Source: Podarcis vaucheri (Eukaryota). From it: a DNA stretch of 64,000 bases. Positions 23,906 to 38,070 of this stretch are shown in pieces. The stretch lies in NCBI GenBank assembly GCA_965113315.1, contig OZ220364.1; one strand, 5' to 3'. Made by a program: the position numbers and the translations under genes. Positions within the stretch are counted from its first letter, which is position 1; each line of letters starts with the position of its first letter. Below the pieces are notes generated by a model, which was not told the origin of the DNA, searched no databases, and saw nothing but the letters and a program-made list of their open reading frames with translations.

Positions 23906-26066
23906 TTTTAAGCTAAGAGTGTACAGTTAACAAAGATCTTAATTATAGTTGGCACAGTGTTCAGATATTTCCTGAACTGAAAATATATCAATTTCTGACT
24001 TCAAGTGAGTCTTGGCAGTTAAAATCATTAACAGGTGGAGAGTAGTCCTTTTATAAGCCAGTGTGCTAATTCGGGCATTCATTTATTTTAGCATCTTGCA
24101 CACAGTGTATGTAAAGATGCTTGAGTCAGGGGATTAGATTATAACAACTGCTGATTCGTTGGGGACTAAGTAGACAGAGGTGTATGGATAAGAGACTACA
24201 GAACAAAGGTGGCGTAGTTTGATGCGTTGAGTTCATCATGGTAGACTTCCCAGAAAATTGCAGTGATTTTGTAGTGGGATTTAAAAAACATTGCTGTTAA
24301 CTACATTATGACAGTAATTTAGTTTGTTCTGGCTGTAAGATATATCTTCTGGGAACAGTGTCACTTATTAATTGCAATGTTTATTTAAAAATCATTTCCC
24401 AGAGTTCCCTGTGATGAGGACTTGTTCGTTAAACCACCCTGGGAATTGTAGCTCTGTGAGGGAAATAGGGGACTTCTAATAACAACTCTCAGCATCTTTA
24501 ACAAGCTAAAGCTCCCATGACTGTTCAGAGTAGCATAATAGTCCTTTAAATGTGTGGTGTGAATGTGACTCTAGTCAGGGAGGGTAAGCATGTAGAAATC
24601 GGTGTATCTGGATTTGAATGGGGATTTTCATATGGGTTTGGATACTGCCTGTACGTTTCTTCAGCCTTGTTCAGCTGAAGAATACAGTTCCTCCACCTGG
24701 CAACCAGTGACAGTGCTGATCTGTTGTTTTGAGAGAGCTGTGTGCACCAGGCTTGGATTCTTCCCCTTGCCTCTCTTTCCAAGCAGGATGACTGGTGCAA
24801 TTGCTTCTTATCTGACAGGACTTCAGAGCACAGTAGGATAAATAAATAGGTATTTTATTTATTAAATTTTGGGAATGAATAAGGAAATCACTTATATTAA
24901 AAGAAATACTTTGATTAATATGCCTGGCTTCCTTAGACTTCTATAAGAAGAGAATTTCTTCAAACAATAAGTAATTATGGAGTGATGAGCATCTTTGTGT
25001 TTGTTGTCATGGTTTATAAGCTCTGATCACAGCTTGCTTGGTTGCTCACAGTTCCTGTAACCTTATGCCTCACCAACACCTACTGTAGTCTTATATCAGC
25101 TTATGCATTTGACAGAAAGGAATATTTGGTCATAACAGGGGGGAAAAAATCACATGTTCATCCAGGGTTGAGCATGTAAAATGCATGGTGAGATTGATTG
25201 GCCCTGTCTATCTAATCGTACCATCCACAGCCAACGATTTTCCCCCTCAGTTATAGAGTTTTTAAAAAAATGCTTTACCATTTGTATAATCAACACAATT
25301 CAAATAGGTCACAGAAAAGTTGAAGCAAAATAATACAAATCTTAAAAACAATAGCAAATGTTGGAATTCTATATGAAACACATTTTGGGTGTTCCAAACG
25401 TTTTGGACATTACCTCAGTGATCTTTACAACATTCCTCTGCAGTAGGCTTGTGTTATCATCTTCATAACACAAATTATACAAATCCAAATACATGGGGTG
25501 GAATTCAACATTAAGTGGATGGAATGAGGTCTCCTCATGCAACAAGACTTTTGGCCCTCTTCCCCTGTGCACACTCTAAACCTGTTATGGGGGTTCCCCC
25601 AATCCGCCAGAGAAGATTTAGGGTTCATGGGAGGAGAGAAGGAAATCCTGTTGCACAAGCAGACCTCATTCTGTGCACACAACAACTTAGCTGAATCCTC
25701 CCATGGCCAAGATGTGATAGAAAATTCCCTGTTTCCCCTCTCTCTTCCACTTCCTTGTTTGCCAAATCCCTTGCACTGTTCCTCATGCTATGCAGTGGCT
25801 GTCAGTGAACAGTCATGCAGCAGTGCCACTCAGAGCAGCTGACCTGCATTTTGGAGCAAAGGAATAAGTTTTTTCTTTGCAGAGCTGTGCGTCACTATTG
25901 CATCTCTTTTCCCCCTCTCTGCAGCTGTATGATGAGCAGAGGTTCATTCAGTTACAGCACTCTTAGTTCATGTATCCTTTTAGCAAGGAAACATTATGGC
26001 TACTTGACTAATAGCTTTTTCCATGTAACCAGCAGCTGTGCTTGTTCATTACAGTAGTTCCAAATG

Positions 26067-26068
<2 letters not shown>

Positions 26069-26100
<32 letters not shown>
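26069..26100. repeat. (CT)n microsatellite
   Basis: Direct reading. Confidence 0.95.
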
Positions 26101-26103
<3 letters not shown>

Positions 26104-28245
26104 CTGCAGTTCTACGGCATGTAAAGGAAGTTTTCATTAAATGGATGTTGCTATGCTAACATTCGCTGTCTGTTTTACAATGCCAGAATTTAAGATGAAT
26201 TCATAAGCATACACATACCTGTCAGTGAACAGCATGGGGTAGAATGCTTCAATATGATCAAGACTATGTGAAGCTGTACTTACTGAAAAGTGTTGTGGAA
26301 ATGGAAGGTTGTCTTACATTTCCCTTAAGGAGAGATACATTCAGTATATCTTTTTGAAGTCCTGTTTGTTCACAGTGACATTATACCATCAATATGATAC
26401 CACCTACTGCTATTCTAACAGAAAAACAGACAAGTTGCTGAGTATTGTACAAATACCCAAATATTTTTATATCAAATCCTTTGGATTATTTGTAGCATGC
26501 TAGGCACCTCAACCTCGAATGTAACAGGAAAAAACTTAACATCAGAGGTATATAACATATTTCTCACTAAATAAATACATACCTATATGATACCTTTCTC
26601 CTTGCCAATCTTGTAAGACTAACAAATGTACTTGTAAGTTGTTCCACTGAATGTAATGGGGCTGATCTAATATTGATGAACATGCATGGTAAAAGGGAAC
26701 TTGTTGTAAACATAGATACTTGGCTGCCAGAGAGCTCTGCAAGTGTTAAACTACTTGAATTATCTTACATTCCATAAAACTAAGCTTGCACATCCATCTA
26801 TTGGGTGTATTTTAACTGATGTGGTTTGTACCACTGAGACCTGGATGGGGGAACTAGATACTAGTTTACATTGGGCTTTCTCCCTGTAATTGTTTCATTA
26901 TTTAGAAGATCATAATCTGCTTGATCAACAAACTCTTCAAGCTGCATACAAATAAAATGATAAAATCCACAAACCAGTTAAAAACTCCAGCTATACGCAA
27001 AACCATCATTATTACAACACAGATAAAATAAACCCTTAAAAAACATAGCTAGCTAAATTATAGGTCTGACTGATGTTGAGGGCAGATGGAATGATTTTTA
27101 TTGTTTTTCAGTTCATCAAAGTTCTGACAAATGTCACTGTTTTAAATAATAGCTTGTTGTTCCTAGCAGATTTGTCAGAGGTCCAGCTGTTGTCTTTGCT
27201 TCTGACTCCCCGAGCCAGCTTTGCAAAGGTTTGAACTCTGGCTCATCGAGCCTTTATAACCTGCTTCGCTATAAAAATTCATGGGGGACAATGCATTATC
27301 AAGTTGGATCAATTTGCTGCTCTTAGCACATTATCACCTATGGGAAAGGAATAAGGCTGCATTTGAAAAGGGCAGGGAAGCGATAAGATCCCAATTTTAC
27401 AATAGTACAAGGTGAGCAAACAATAATGGTGCAGCCAGTCTGACTAAAATCAATGAGACAGACAGGAAGAGAATAATGGTGCTCCAAGATCGGCTGCTAA
27501 AATGGATATTTGCCCACTCGTAACAGGCATTTAGAGCCAAAGGGAAGCTGTGTAACACTGGAGTGGCAGCAGAGCTAAGGTCTTTTGCTCAGGAGCAACT
27601 CTGTGGGCATCAGGGAAGGGTGGGGAAGAAGCCTTCATTTTATATTTATCAGACGTTCCACAATGTAGCCTGAGAAGAATAAGCACCTAGCAGTATCTTT
27701 CAGTATTCTTAACTCTGCATAGCAACTGGGGGTAGTAAGAGGCATTGATAATTTGAGCAGGGGTTGCAGGGAGTTAAGGACTTGAAGAAAATATGGGAAG
27801 TCTCTGTATTTAAGTCAGCTAAAGTCCATGCAGTTACTCCATTTGGCATTTGCTTATATATCTAGATAAGCAATCCTATATTTTCATTTTGCTGGGCCTG
27901 GAGATCTACTGGTTGTGTGCAGCAAATCCGGTGTATGCTCAGCCCAGGAAGGGAGGGGAATAGCACATAACAAGAATATTCAAATCCACCAGGGAAACAA
28001 CAGACACACCCACAGCATTCCTGGGAATGCCACCCATACCCACTGATAAGGGTCTATGGATTTTGGATTCTAAGGCAGTAATATTGGTTTGTAATCATCT
28101 ACTGATTAATACATCCTGCCATTTGAAATTGGCCTTGATTCCTATGCACCATGAATAGAAGCACATAACATTTTAGTTTCCCTCTGCTGGAAGTCAGGGT
28201 AGGGGAAAGGAAGAAGCGTTTTTGATGTAGGCTTTGTTATAAGTA

Positions 28246-28491
28246 CAGTGGTACCTCTGGATATGAACGGGATCCGTTCCGGATCCCCGTTTGCATCCTG
28301 AAGCGAACATAACCCACGCCTGCGCAGGTCGCGATTTGCCACTTCCGCGCATGCGCATGACATCATTTTGACCGTCTGTGCATGCGCGAGTGGCAAAACC
28401 CGGAAGTAATGCGTTCCGTTACTTCAGGGTCGCTGCGGAGCACAACCCGAAAGTGTTCAACCTGAAGCATATTTAACCCGAGGTATGACTG
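28246..28491. mobile_element. Tigger/pogo-like MITE (CpG-rich subfamily)
   Basis: CAGTGGTACCTC...GAGGTATGACTG, TA TSD. Confidence 0.85.
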
Positions 28492-28865
28492 TATACCACT
28501 CTGTACACCAATACCTTAATCCTGCTAAAGTCAAGAGCTCTTTGAGGCCCATTAAAATTGTAAGTTAGTAATGACTAACTTGTCACTTTGGGACTTCAGG
28601 GCAAATATTTTTTCTCAGGATTAGTGCCAGAAGGTATATCTTAGGGAGATGAAGCTCAGTATTATGGAGCTTTTGCCCATATATGTACAGTACTTCTAAG
28701 CAAATCAGTGCTGATTTCAGCTTTGAGGAGGGGGCTTGAGCAAGATGTCCCTTGAGGGGGCACCTTTCCATAAATAGCTCTACCTCCTGGTAATTCACTT
28801 GCCCTCTGCCTCTGGGCCTAATTTGCATCATCTCCCAGTGGAACCAGACAAGGAAGGGAGAGGAG

Positions 28866-29043
28866 AAAAGCTGTAGCTCAGTGGCAGATCACCTGTGAAA
28901 TTGCCCAAGTTCAGTCTCCAGCATCTGCATGTAGGACTCAGGGAGAACCCTGTCTGAAATTTTTGGAGAGCCACCACCAGATAATGTAAATACTGAGCTA
29001 GATGGACCAACAGTATGACTCAGTATAAGGCAGCTTCCTATGA
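28866..29043 (+). mobile_element. Squam3-like tRNA-derived SINE
   Basis: GTAGCTCAGTGG A-box, degenerate B-box, and end ACTGAGCTAGATGGACCAA..GACTCAGTATAAGGCAGCTTCCTATG. Related copies at about 3185-3268, 31400-31552 (minus), 49046-49200 and 62761-62900. Confidence 0.8.
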
Positions 29044-32000
29044 GGCTACTTCTCATTGCTCTTCTCACTGCTTGCATGCTCACAGTGGCCAGTCAACAGG
29101 GCCATGGTAGCAAGGAAGACAAGCAAGAAAAACAAGGTTCCAGGAGTTGGTGTTGGACCCCTGTTGAGTGAAGACTGGTAGGCACCCAGCGATGCTGAGC
29201 CCTGATGCCATCCCCAATGTAAGGTAAAAGATAGAAATTCAGAGTGCAAAATTTCTCATGCTGCTCTGAATTTGCTCTAAGGCAACTTGCCAAATAAAAT
29301 CATAGTTTTGTTGAGAAGGCAATGGTCCTTTTGGAATCTCAGACTAAGTGCTGGGCAAGAAAGAGGTCAGAGAAGCAGGCATCAGAATGCTTACCAATGA
29401 AGCAATCATTTTTTTAAAAAGCTTCTCTGGTTCCTCTTCACAGCAGTGAGATGAACAAAATCCCAAAGCTATCCCTTCCCAAACAAAGCATGTTTAATTC
29501 AGTCACTCTGTAGCCTTGACTTGTATAGATTTGAAATGCAGCAGTCGAGGAGCACTCGGCAGGGAAACCGCCACTCATGGAGCCCATTTGCAAAGGAGCC
29601 AGACAGACTGACAGGAGGGGAAGTCTGAGTCATAGAAGAGGATGATACAGAAATAAGTCAGTGCGATTAGAATTAGTAGTTCAGCAGGTCTCTTAGGAGG
29701 AAGAGAGGGTGTTGAGATACTGCATACAAATAAACAAAATGTTTTGCTCTGTGGAGATAAAGACTAGTGAATGAGAAGACGAAAGCAATAATATAATAAA
29801 CCATAATAAGAATAAGAGTGACTCTTCGACATTTGCTGTTCTGGTGCATTCCTCTTCTATTCCCAACATGTTTCATGAGGGAGCTGTATTGTTCCCCAGT
29901 TAGCCCCAGTTTCCTAGTCTTGGGTGGGAAGAGATGTGCAAGCCCTGAGCTAGGACTAGCAGAGGGCAAATCTGTCATTTTCGGTTCCTTGCAGTGTCTC
30001 TGGCCTCACCATTGATTCTCCACATTTCTGCATCAGTTAGCTTTTAAAAATGAAGTGTATGTATTGTGGTATATGTTGGTGTAAGCCTAGTGAATATAAT
30101 TCTGCTAAATGAATGTCTTCTGTGGTGAATTTAACCACTTGACTGAGCTTCCGTGGCACGTACACCCAACACATCAACATATATATACCCCCCCTAAATA
30201 AAGAAAAAGAATAAAACTTGGATTAGGCTAGAATCTTCTATTCCCTGGGCTCATAGGATACAAGGAACCTCCTGTTCTGCAGGAAGAGAGTAAGGTTTGC
30301 CTTCAAGTGCCTCCTCAGCACGGTGGCAGAAAGCTCTGCCACCATCATACCAATGCCATCTGCATTCTGTTGATGGTTTGAACCTCCAACAGAGGCATTC
30401 TGGGAATGTGTCGGGGTAAATCAGGAGAGGTGTTGATTCTGCCAGATCCGCATCTCTGGACACTCAGTGTAAGTTTCAGGCCTGTTTGGTTTGTTGCTTT
30501 TGATACTGCATTGGTATATTCTTGTTGGTCCCTTTAGACGTCCTCCTTTTTTTGGAGGAAAAATGAGGTAAAAACACAAAATGAAATGTCTCTAGATCAG
30601 GGAACAGGGGCCTTCTTGTGTTTGGCTGAGATAATATACACTGAAGCTGCATGGTAGACACGCTTTATATCTTTCTACTTGCACCTATTATTCAACAGTG
30701 GGGAGGGAAGCGCATTGTGCAAACATATCAGAAAAGGTAGTACAGCAGAGGGGGAAGACTAAAGCTTATTTGTGTTAAATGAAGCTCCTGGATTGGGGTG
30801 CATACTATTAAAATTGAGTACTGATGTGATTCGCCATATTTGCAATTAGTTTTATGTTAGAAAATATTTCTCAAAATACCTTGTTTTGAAATAAAAAGGA
30901 GAATGCTGTGGTATTCATTTTGTTCCAGTTTTGCTGAGTTTGGAATCTGTAGCATTCATTATCCAAATGTTATATTTGCTTTTTAGAGAAAACAAGCCAT
31001 TAAAGAAAGTTATTATATGGAAGTAGCCAGGCTCTTTATCTTAAAACGCATGCACACATGCAAACCCCCCTGAGCCTCGGAGGACCATCTGCTGTATATA
31101 ATGGATGAGGAAATGTTACAATGTGAACTGCATTCTCTTTGATTTAAAGCTTTTGTGCTGGCAAGCAAATACGTTTGATATATATTTTTAATATTGTATT
31201 TGAACGTAAGCTACCAAAGGGAGGAGTGAATTAACGTACGGTTTAGGGTGTCTCCACTCCAAAATGTTCATCTTGCACAAGAACCACAGAAGCCCAAAGA
31301 TAATTCCTTTATTTATTTCCACCCATACTGCAACTTGACACGGTTGCAAGGCAATTAAGAGCAATTTTCATATCTATTCAATTCAATGGAATATGACACT
31401 GGAACGTAATACTGCCTCCCCTGACTAGTGGCGACTCTGCAGTGTCTAAGAAAGGAGATATTCCCAACCTTACATGGACATGCTGGGGGCTAAACCTGGG
31501 ACCTTCTGTATGCAAAACAGATTTTCTACCATCAAGCTTTGGCCTTCCCCCTATTAATCATATGCTCAGGATGACATTTGGTTCATTTGTGAGATCAGAG
31601 AGGTTGAATGGATATGATATAACTCCATGTGTGGTCAAAATAAATGCCTCTCAGCTTGTTACCTAAGTCCAGCAGGATGTTGCTTTCTGTGAATAGCTCC
31701 ATACCATGTAGTCAGCATACAGTCGCTGGTGGCTCCGGTGTTGTGAAATTCCATCCTTGCTGACGTACCAGAGACCCCTTCTATACTGATGTTCCACAAC
31801 TTTTGAAGACATGCCTATATCCATAGGCATTCTCTTGATTTCTTGAGCTGGATCTCCTCTTTTACCCATTGTGTTATTTTAATGGGATTGTTTTACTGTG
31901 CATTTTAAGCATGGTGTATTTTCATGGTGTATTTTTATTGCATGTTTAACAATGCTGTGTAATTGATTTTTATATTTTGTTAACTGCTTGGAAGCTGATT

Positions 32001-32319
32001 TTGACAGTTAGTGGTATATAAATTTAGCAGCAACAACAATGCACTCTGACTTATCTCTACTGAAGTCCAGGAACCTAAAACTACAAGCACCCCCCTAGAT
32101 ATTTTGTAAGGTGGGTGCTTATAGTCTAGTTTTGGTTATTGGTAAATTACATGTTTGGACATCTAGGCAGTAGGTGGCAATGTGCAAATGCACAGCTTCT
32201 GACTTATCAGGATCTGATGTAGCATTCTGTTACACTGACACTTTAAAATCTCTTCCAGTGAAATGACCACATTGCTAAAATTGTGTGTTGTGGAAGGCGC
32301 ATGATGTAGCAACTTTGCT

Positions 32320-32448
32320 GAAACTAAGCCTGTCTGGGTCAGATCAGTGCCTGGACTGGGGTGAGTGGACCACTTAGGAACTCTGATCGTACTACCTTGG
32401 GATCTGTCATGGAAGAAAGGTGGAATATAAAGGCAATAAAATGAATAG
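32320..32448 (+). mobile_element. 5S rRNA-derived SINE fragment with L2-type tail
   Basis: GAAACTAAGCCTGTCTGGGTCAGATCAGTGCCTGGA..GACCACTTAGGAA resembles the 5S internal promoter region, followed by GAAGAAAGGTGGAATATAAA..AATAAA. Confidence 0.5.
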
Positions 32449-32458
32449 AATCCAAGCC

Positions 32459-32497
32459 TTTGTTTGTTTGTTTGTTTGTTTGTTTGTTTGTTTGTTT
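32459..32497. repeat. (TTTG)n microsatellite
   Basis: Direct reading. Confidence 0.95.
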
Positions 32498-33812
32498 CTG
32501 TCAGTTATCTGTAGGAAATGATGCGTCCTAGTGTTGAATAAACCAGCAGAATTGTGTTGCATTCCTTGACAATGCCCTAAAGTTCAGGGTGGCCATAACG
32601 GACTGACTGCCCTGATGTTGTTGTTTTTGATGTTGGTGTTGGTGAGGGACTTGGGGGAAAACCTGAGAGAACTTGCCTAATAAGCAAACTTTCTTATGTT
32701 ACAAACTACTCTAGAATGTGACTAGGTGGGTGCATCTGGTTGATTAATGGACTTTGAGAAACTGCTGCTTTCTGTATTTTGCTCTCATTCCCATCTCTAA
32801 TTATACCACTAATATATCACTGACTCTTGTCCCCTACCCAAACATGCACTCAGCATAAAATGATCCCTCTCCAACTCAGGTTTACCATACTGACAAATTT
32901 TAGGAACAAGCCTGCGTGGAAAAACAAACTCCTCCAATTTGGTACACTCTGATTTGGATGGGCCAGCATGTAGCGTCCGAGTGTTGCAGCACTAACAACA
33001 CCATTTACGTGACTCCATTTCATTGTTTGCTGAAAACTCCCTTCCCACCAAATGTACTTAAAATAGATGTTGCAACATATCTTACATTCAAAGGCAAAGG
33101 GTTATGCAGAGTGTTTTCCATAATAAGAAAAAGTCCTCTTGGGATTAATAAGGGTCATGCTGGATTTATACTAGATGCAAGAAAGGTACTTGTTATAATG
33201 CAATTGGGAGGGGCAGACAGTCTTCAAAACCTTCAGATGCCCTAATCGCTGCGTAATGTTTAGGCACTTAAATATGATGTGGTCTTGCTTTATAAGTCCT
33301 GAGGATGGCATTTTTGTGTGTGTAGTCAGATTGTTGCACTTGACTTTCTGCTTTCAGGCTAGGCTCCCTGTTTTGCATGAAGCTGCTTGGGCTTGTGAGA
33401 TGAGAGGGAGATGTTGGGAAGGGGTCTGGCAGTGGAGCCACGTGCCTACCACATAGTAGACCCTGTGTTTCTCTCTTTGGCTGGATGGCCTATTACTAGT
33501 TAGCCGTGGAGGGAGCAGGGCTTGGAGTTGACCACAGCGAAGGCTTCCTCCATCTGGTCAGCTACTGGGCTGTTTATTGGGTCTCTGCCCAGCCTCATTG
33601 GAAATTGAAATGGTCAGTGGCGGTGGGAGGGAAAGGTAGGCTGACCCAGCTGACTCCAGGTGCCCTTTAGAATGCAAGCGAAGGATGCCAGCAAGAGAGA
33701 GAAGGTGGCCTCAGTGGCCTACTCTCTTGCTGTCCACAGGAGCCAGGAGGGATGGTTTCTGGCAACAGTAACCAAAGGCTGGAGAAGCCTGGACACTGAG
33801 GCATGCTTGGTA

Positions 33813-34040
33813 CAGTGGTACCTTGGGTTAAGAACTTAATTCATTCTGGAGGTCTGTTCTTAACCTGAAACTGTTCTTAACCTGAGGTACCACTTTAGCT
33901 AATGGGGCCTCCCGCTGCCACTCGATTTCTGTTCTCATCCTGAAGCAAAGTTCTTAACCCGAGGTACTATTTTTGGGTTAGCGGAGTCTGTAATCTGAAA
34001 CGTCTGTAACCTGAAGTGTCTGTAACCTGAGGTACCACTG
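33813..34040. mobile_element. Tigger/pogo-like MITE
   Basis: TIR CAGTGGTACCT, TA TSD; same family as 50020, 58858 and 60030. Confidence 0.9.
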
Positions 34041-36082
34041 TATTTTATTTTCAGGATAAACAGGACTCTGTTTTTACACCCAGCCACCATTTTTTATTGT
34101 TCTCTAAGGTGTGGAGGGAAGGAAAAACTGGGACATTCTGGGATCAAATCAAAAACTGGAACAGCTTCTGTTATTCCGGGACTGTCCCTGGAAAATAGGG
34201 ACACTTGGAGGGTATGACAGGATGGTGTTTCCCTTAACTCTCTGTGTGGTGCTTGTTTGAGATTTTAGCAATCCTAACTCTGCCCCCCAGCTTAATGGCC
34301 GCTTGAGGGCATTCCACTATTTATCTACCAGCAGTACTTCTGTCTGCACATTAGTGGGGAGGAAGGAGGAGCTGCACACCAGTTGAGTGATGCTGGCATT
34401 ACTCTGCAGTTAGTAGCCAGTGAGAGACTGGCAGGGCTGAGCAGAGGGATGTCTCCATTCAGTTCAGCACAAGGCTTTTGGATTGTTCTCTTAGTCATCT
34501 CTAGCCAGCTTTTCAACAGCTGTATCAGATAGGGATGCAGGGGAAAAAAAACTCCTTCCACTTTTAAAGCAAACAGACCTAATGTGCTGGCCCTCAACTT
34601 AGTTGCATTCCCATCTACGTAAATCAATCAGATTATGCACTTCAGTAAATTTTGCAATGCAGCAATATCATTTTAACAAGAGAGAGCATTTTACATAAAA
34701 AAATATGTACCAGTAATGTTGCCTGCATACACAGCTGCCAGAATGGATGATATATTTATAATTGTTTCATGGCTTCATGGTGCTTGATTGCCTTTTTAAA
34801 ATATAATTTTATATTGTACACCTCTTTTGATTTTTTAAAAAAGATATAAAATGGGATGTAAGTATTACTAAATAAAATTAATCATTACAAATATATGTAT
34901 ATTTTAGAGCAGAATGCTTTGAAAAGCATACAAAATGCAAATTTTAGAAGAAGAATGCATATAAAATATGCACAATTTAAATGCAAATTTTCTGTACTTA
35001 TTATTATTATTTTTTTACAAAACATGGGATGGAACAGACTTGAGTGCATGCAAAATGGACAAAGAAGGAGAATGGGATGATGCATCTGTCCTTCGTCTCA
35101 GAGGATGGGGCTGCCTTAGCACAAGGAACAGCATTGCCTTCCAGTCACAAATAAGTAGAGAGGCATATTTGGTAGAATATTCAAGTACGCTTATTATGAC
35201 CCAGTACATGATTTACATGCACTACAGAGGGAATATATTGGAGTTTAGACACCGCAGGTCACTGGAGCCAGAACAACCCCTATGAGATGAATAATTCTCT
35301 TGGCTTTTTCTGTAAGATTTGCAAGCACTGTTGTCAAACTGGCAATGAACTGAGGCTAGCAATGGGATCTTCTGTCTAGCTGGATATACAAGTGACCTTT
35401 TTCTTGATACAGTTGGCCTGAAACCACTTGATGATGTAGCACCTGTACCATCCATCCACACGTGGGGAGAATGTGCCACTTCTATGCTTCCCTAGATAGC
35501 TCATGAGGTGCGGGTTTGTGGTAAAAATGGTCCCGATGCCTGAATTTACAGTGGAGATTATCTGTTCCCTCCTTGCTAATAGACTCACATCCATGTTTTG
35601 GATTGACTTCTGGAAGCAGGTGAAATTTAAATCAAGGACTAAACGATTGCTCTGCTTCCCAGTATATGAAAAAAATCCTGTAATCAGCATTTTCCTCACC
35701 CTTAACGCTGGAAACACTCTCCTCTACTAGGTATATAAAAACTTCTTATTCTGTCAAACATTTAATAGATGGATATTTGTTATCTTTACACTGCAGTGTA
35801 ATGATCACTGCTAAAGCTGAGAGGGTTACTGGCTACTGACAAAAGGTAAGAGGATAAGACACTGACAAACAAAGTGTTGCTTAAGCTTGATGGCTCTCAG
35901 TCTCTTCAGCTCAGCTGTAAATTTGCTTTCAAAGAGAACAAGCACAAACAGAGATACCCTGGATAAAGAAGCCAGGCTCAGTAAGAGGCTTTTGAAAATT
36001 GGTGCAGATGCTTACATGAAACATGTGACATCCAGTTGTTTGTGGTTCTTTGAGGGAAGAGAAGAAAAATGTTGAATAGGCT

Positions 36083-36244
36083 CATGGGCGTAGCCAAGCA
36101 GGGGGCAGCTCCCCCCAAATCAAGTAAAACAATAGAAATAACTAACTAACCAATTACATTGGTTCTGCCCCGCCCACAAAAGTCCTGCCCCCCCCCTTAA
36201 CCCAAGTCCTGCCCCTCCTAATAAAAATCCTGGCTATGCCCATG
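36083..36244. mobile_element. hAT MITE
   Basis: TIR CATGGGC(G/A)TAGCCA; 8-bp TSD AATAGGCT/AATAGACT. Confidence 0.85.
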
Positions 36245-36607
36245 AATAGACTGCAAGAAGAAGAAGGGGTTATAGTGGCAAACCTCATTATGTGTCTGCT
36301 GAAACTTCATTGCCAAGTCAACATATGATGTATGAACATGTGTTTCAAGGTGTGCAGATTATAACAGGGCCACACATGCTTTTCCTCAGACAAGGTTAAA
36401 ATCTGCTTGTCTTCTTCTTGTTTCTGATGATTGCATTCTTTCAAGATAGCCACTGCTCCCTTCTTCTCTCTCCATTCTGTATCGGCCAGCCCTAGGCATA
36501 AAGGGAGTGGCGTGCAATGGGTGGAGCTGTGACCTGTAGAGCACAAGAAAAGAATTATTTAGTGCATGGACCTCCCACCTTTTCCTCCAAGGAGCACAGG
36601 GCAGCAC

Positions 36608-37745
36608 CGCAGGTTAATTCTGTGTCCAGGCTGGCTGTCTACCTGCTCCATCTGGTACGCAGGCTGAGACCTTACCTGCCTGCGGACTGTCTTGCCAGAG
36701 TGGTGCATGCTCTCGTTATCTCCCGCTTGAACTACTGCAATGCACTCTATGTGGGGCTACCTTTGAAGGTGACCTGGAAACTGCAGTTAATCCAGAATGG
36801 GGCAGCTAGACTGGTGACTGGGAGTGGCAGCCGGGACCACATAACACCGGTTCTGAGAGATCTGCATTGGCTCCCAGTACATTTCCGAGCACAATTCAAA
36901 GTGTTGGTGCTGACCTTTAAAGCCCTAAACGGCCTCGGTCCAGTATACCTGAAGGTGCATCTCCACCCCCATTGTTCAGCCCGGACACTGAGATCCAGTG
37001 CCGAGGGCCTTCTGGCGGTTCCCTCATTGTGAGAAGTGAGGTTACAGGGAACCAGACAGAGGGCCTTCTCGGTAGTGGTGCCCTTTTTAAAGACATCTGA
37101 AGGCAGCCCTGTTTAGGGAAGTGTGGTGATCACACACAGGGCCCCCAGACGTTTGACGGTCTATTGACCCTGTGCTGCCACTGCGATTGCTTTTTCCACT
37201 GCCACCACCCCGTATCTCACGGGGACACATGGAGTCCAGTCAGTTGTTAACATAAAATAACATAAAAATAATCAAGTTTATTTTTAAATGCAGGAACAAG
37301 CTTATGGTTTCAGTTAGTTTTTCTATTGTCAGTTTCTTATTCTTAGTTCCTAACAACTCCAAACTGATTATTCCAACTATCTATCTGACTCCACCTAACA
37401 ATTCCTCTCACTCTCTCACAATACAACTCTACCAACCCACACCTAAGCCTCCCTCTTCCTTCTTCAACTCCCAAACCTCAATTCACAACTCAACTGACTT
37501 TCAAAACCTTCCATTGTAACTTTTATTCCCCCCTTGCATTCTCACTGGCCAATCACATCACACCTATTTTAACCCTTTCCTTATGACCCATCCTAGGAGG
37601 CAAACGCCACAGGAAGTTTTTAATATTTAATGCTGTATTGTTTTTAACACTTGATTGGAAGCCGCCCAGAGTGGCTGGGGAAACTCAGCCAGATGGGCGG
37701 GGTATAAACTAATAAATTATCATCATCATCATCATCATCATCATC
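36608..37745 (+). mobile_element. L2 LINE 3' fragment (interrupted by solo LTR)
   Basis: RRLRPYL...VHALVISRLNYCNALYVGLPLK..KLQLIQN.AARLVTG..DHITPVLRDLHWLPV is the L2 ORF2 C-terminus. The 3' UTR resumes at 37612 and ends in (CAT)n. Confidence 0.93.
37122..37611 (-). mobile_element. Solo LTR (Gypsy/ERV-type)
   Basis: TGTGG...CCACA termini, 5-bp TSD GGAAG (37117-37121 and 37612-37616), AATAAA on the minus strand. Interrupts the L2 3' UTR. Confidence 0.85.
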
Positions 37746-38070
37746 CATGGTTCTCTACCTTATTTAATCCCCACATCAATCCTGCAAGGTAAGTTAGGCT
37801 GAGAGGCAGTGACTGGCCCAGGGTTCAAGTCCCCTTTTGGCCATTTCAAATTACAAATTTATGTCAGAAGCAAGGGATTATTTGGTTAATGCATCTGGTC
37901 AGTGCAATAACTTCTTCTTGTGCAATGAGACTTTCCCTCCTCTCCCGCCTTCCCCTTTCCAAATCTGTTCCAGAGACAAAGGTGGTGCATGAGGAGAGGG
38001 GAGAACATTCTGCTACACCAGGAGAAGTTATTGCACTGATGGAGCGAGAGACTTAGCACTGCTTTGAATT

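Noticed and set aside
28866-28925. tRNA gene (also SINE heads at 7696, 56553, 62761)
   Set aside because: No cloverleaf; each continues into a SINE body.
30257-30468. Possible exon between CATAG and GTAAGT
   Set aside because: All three + frames contain stops and there is no recognisable peptide. A non-coding exon cannot be excluded.
32320-32385. 5S rRNA gene
   Set aside because: Partial, highly diverged and fused to a LINE-type tail.
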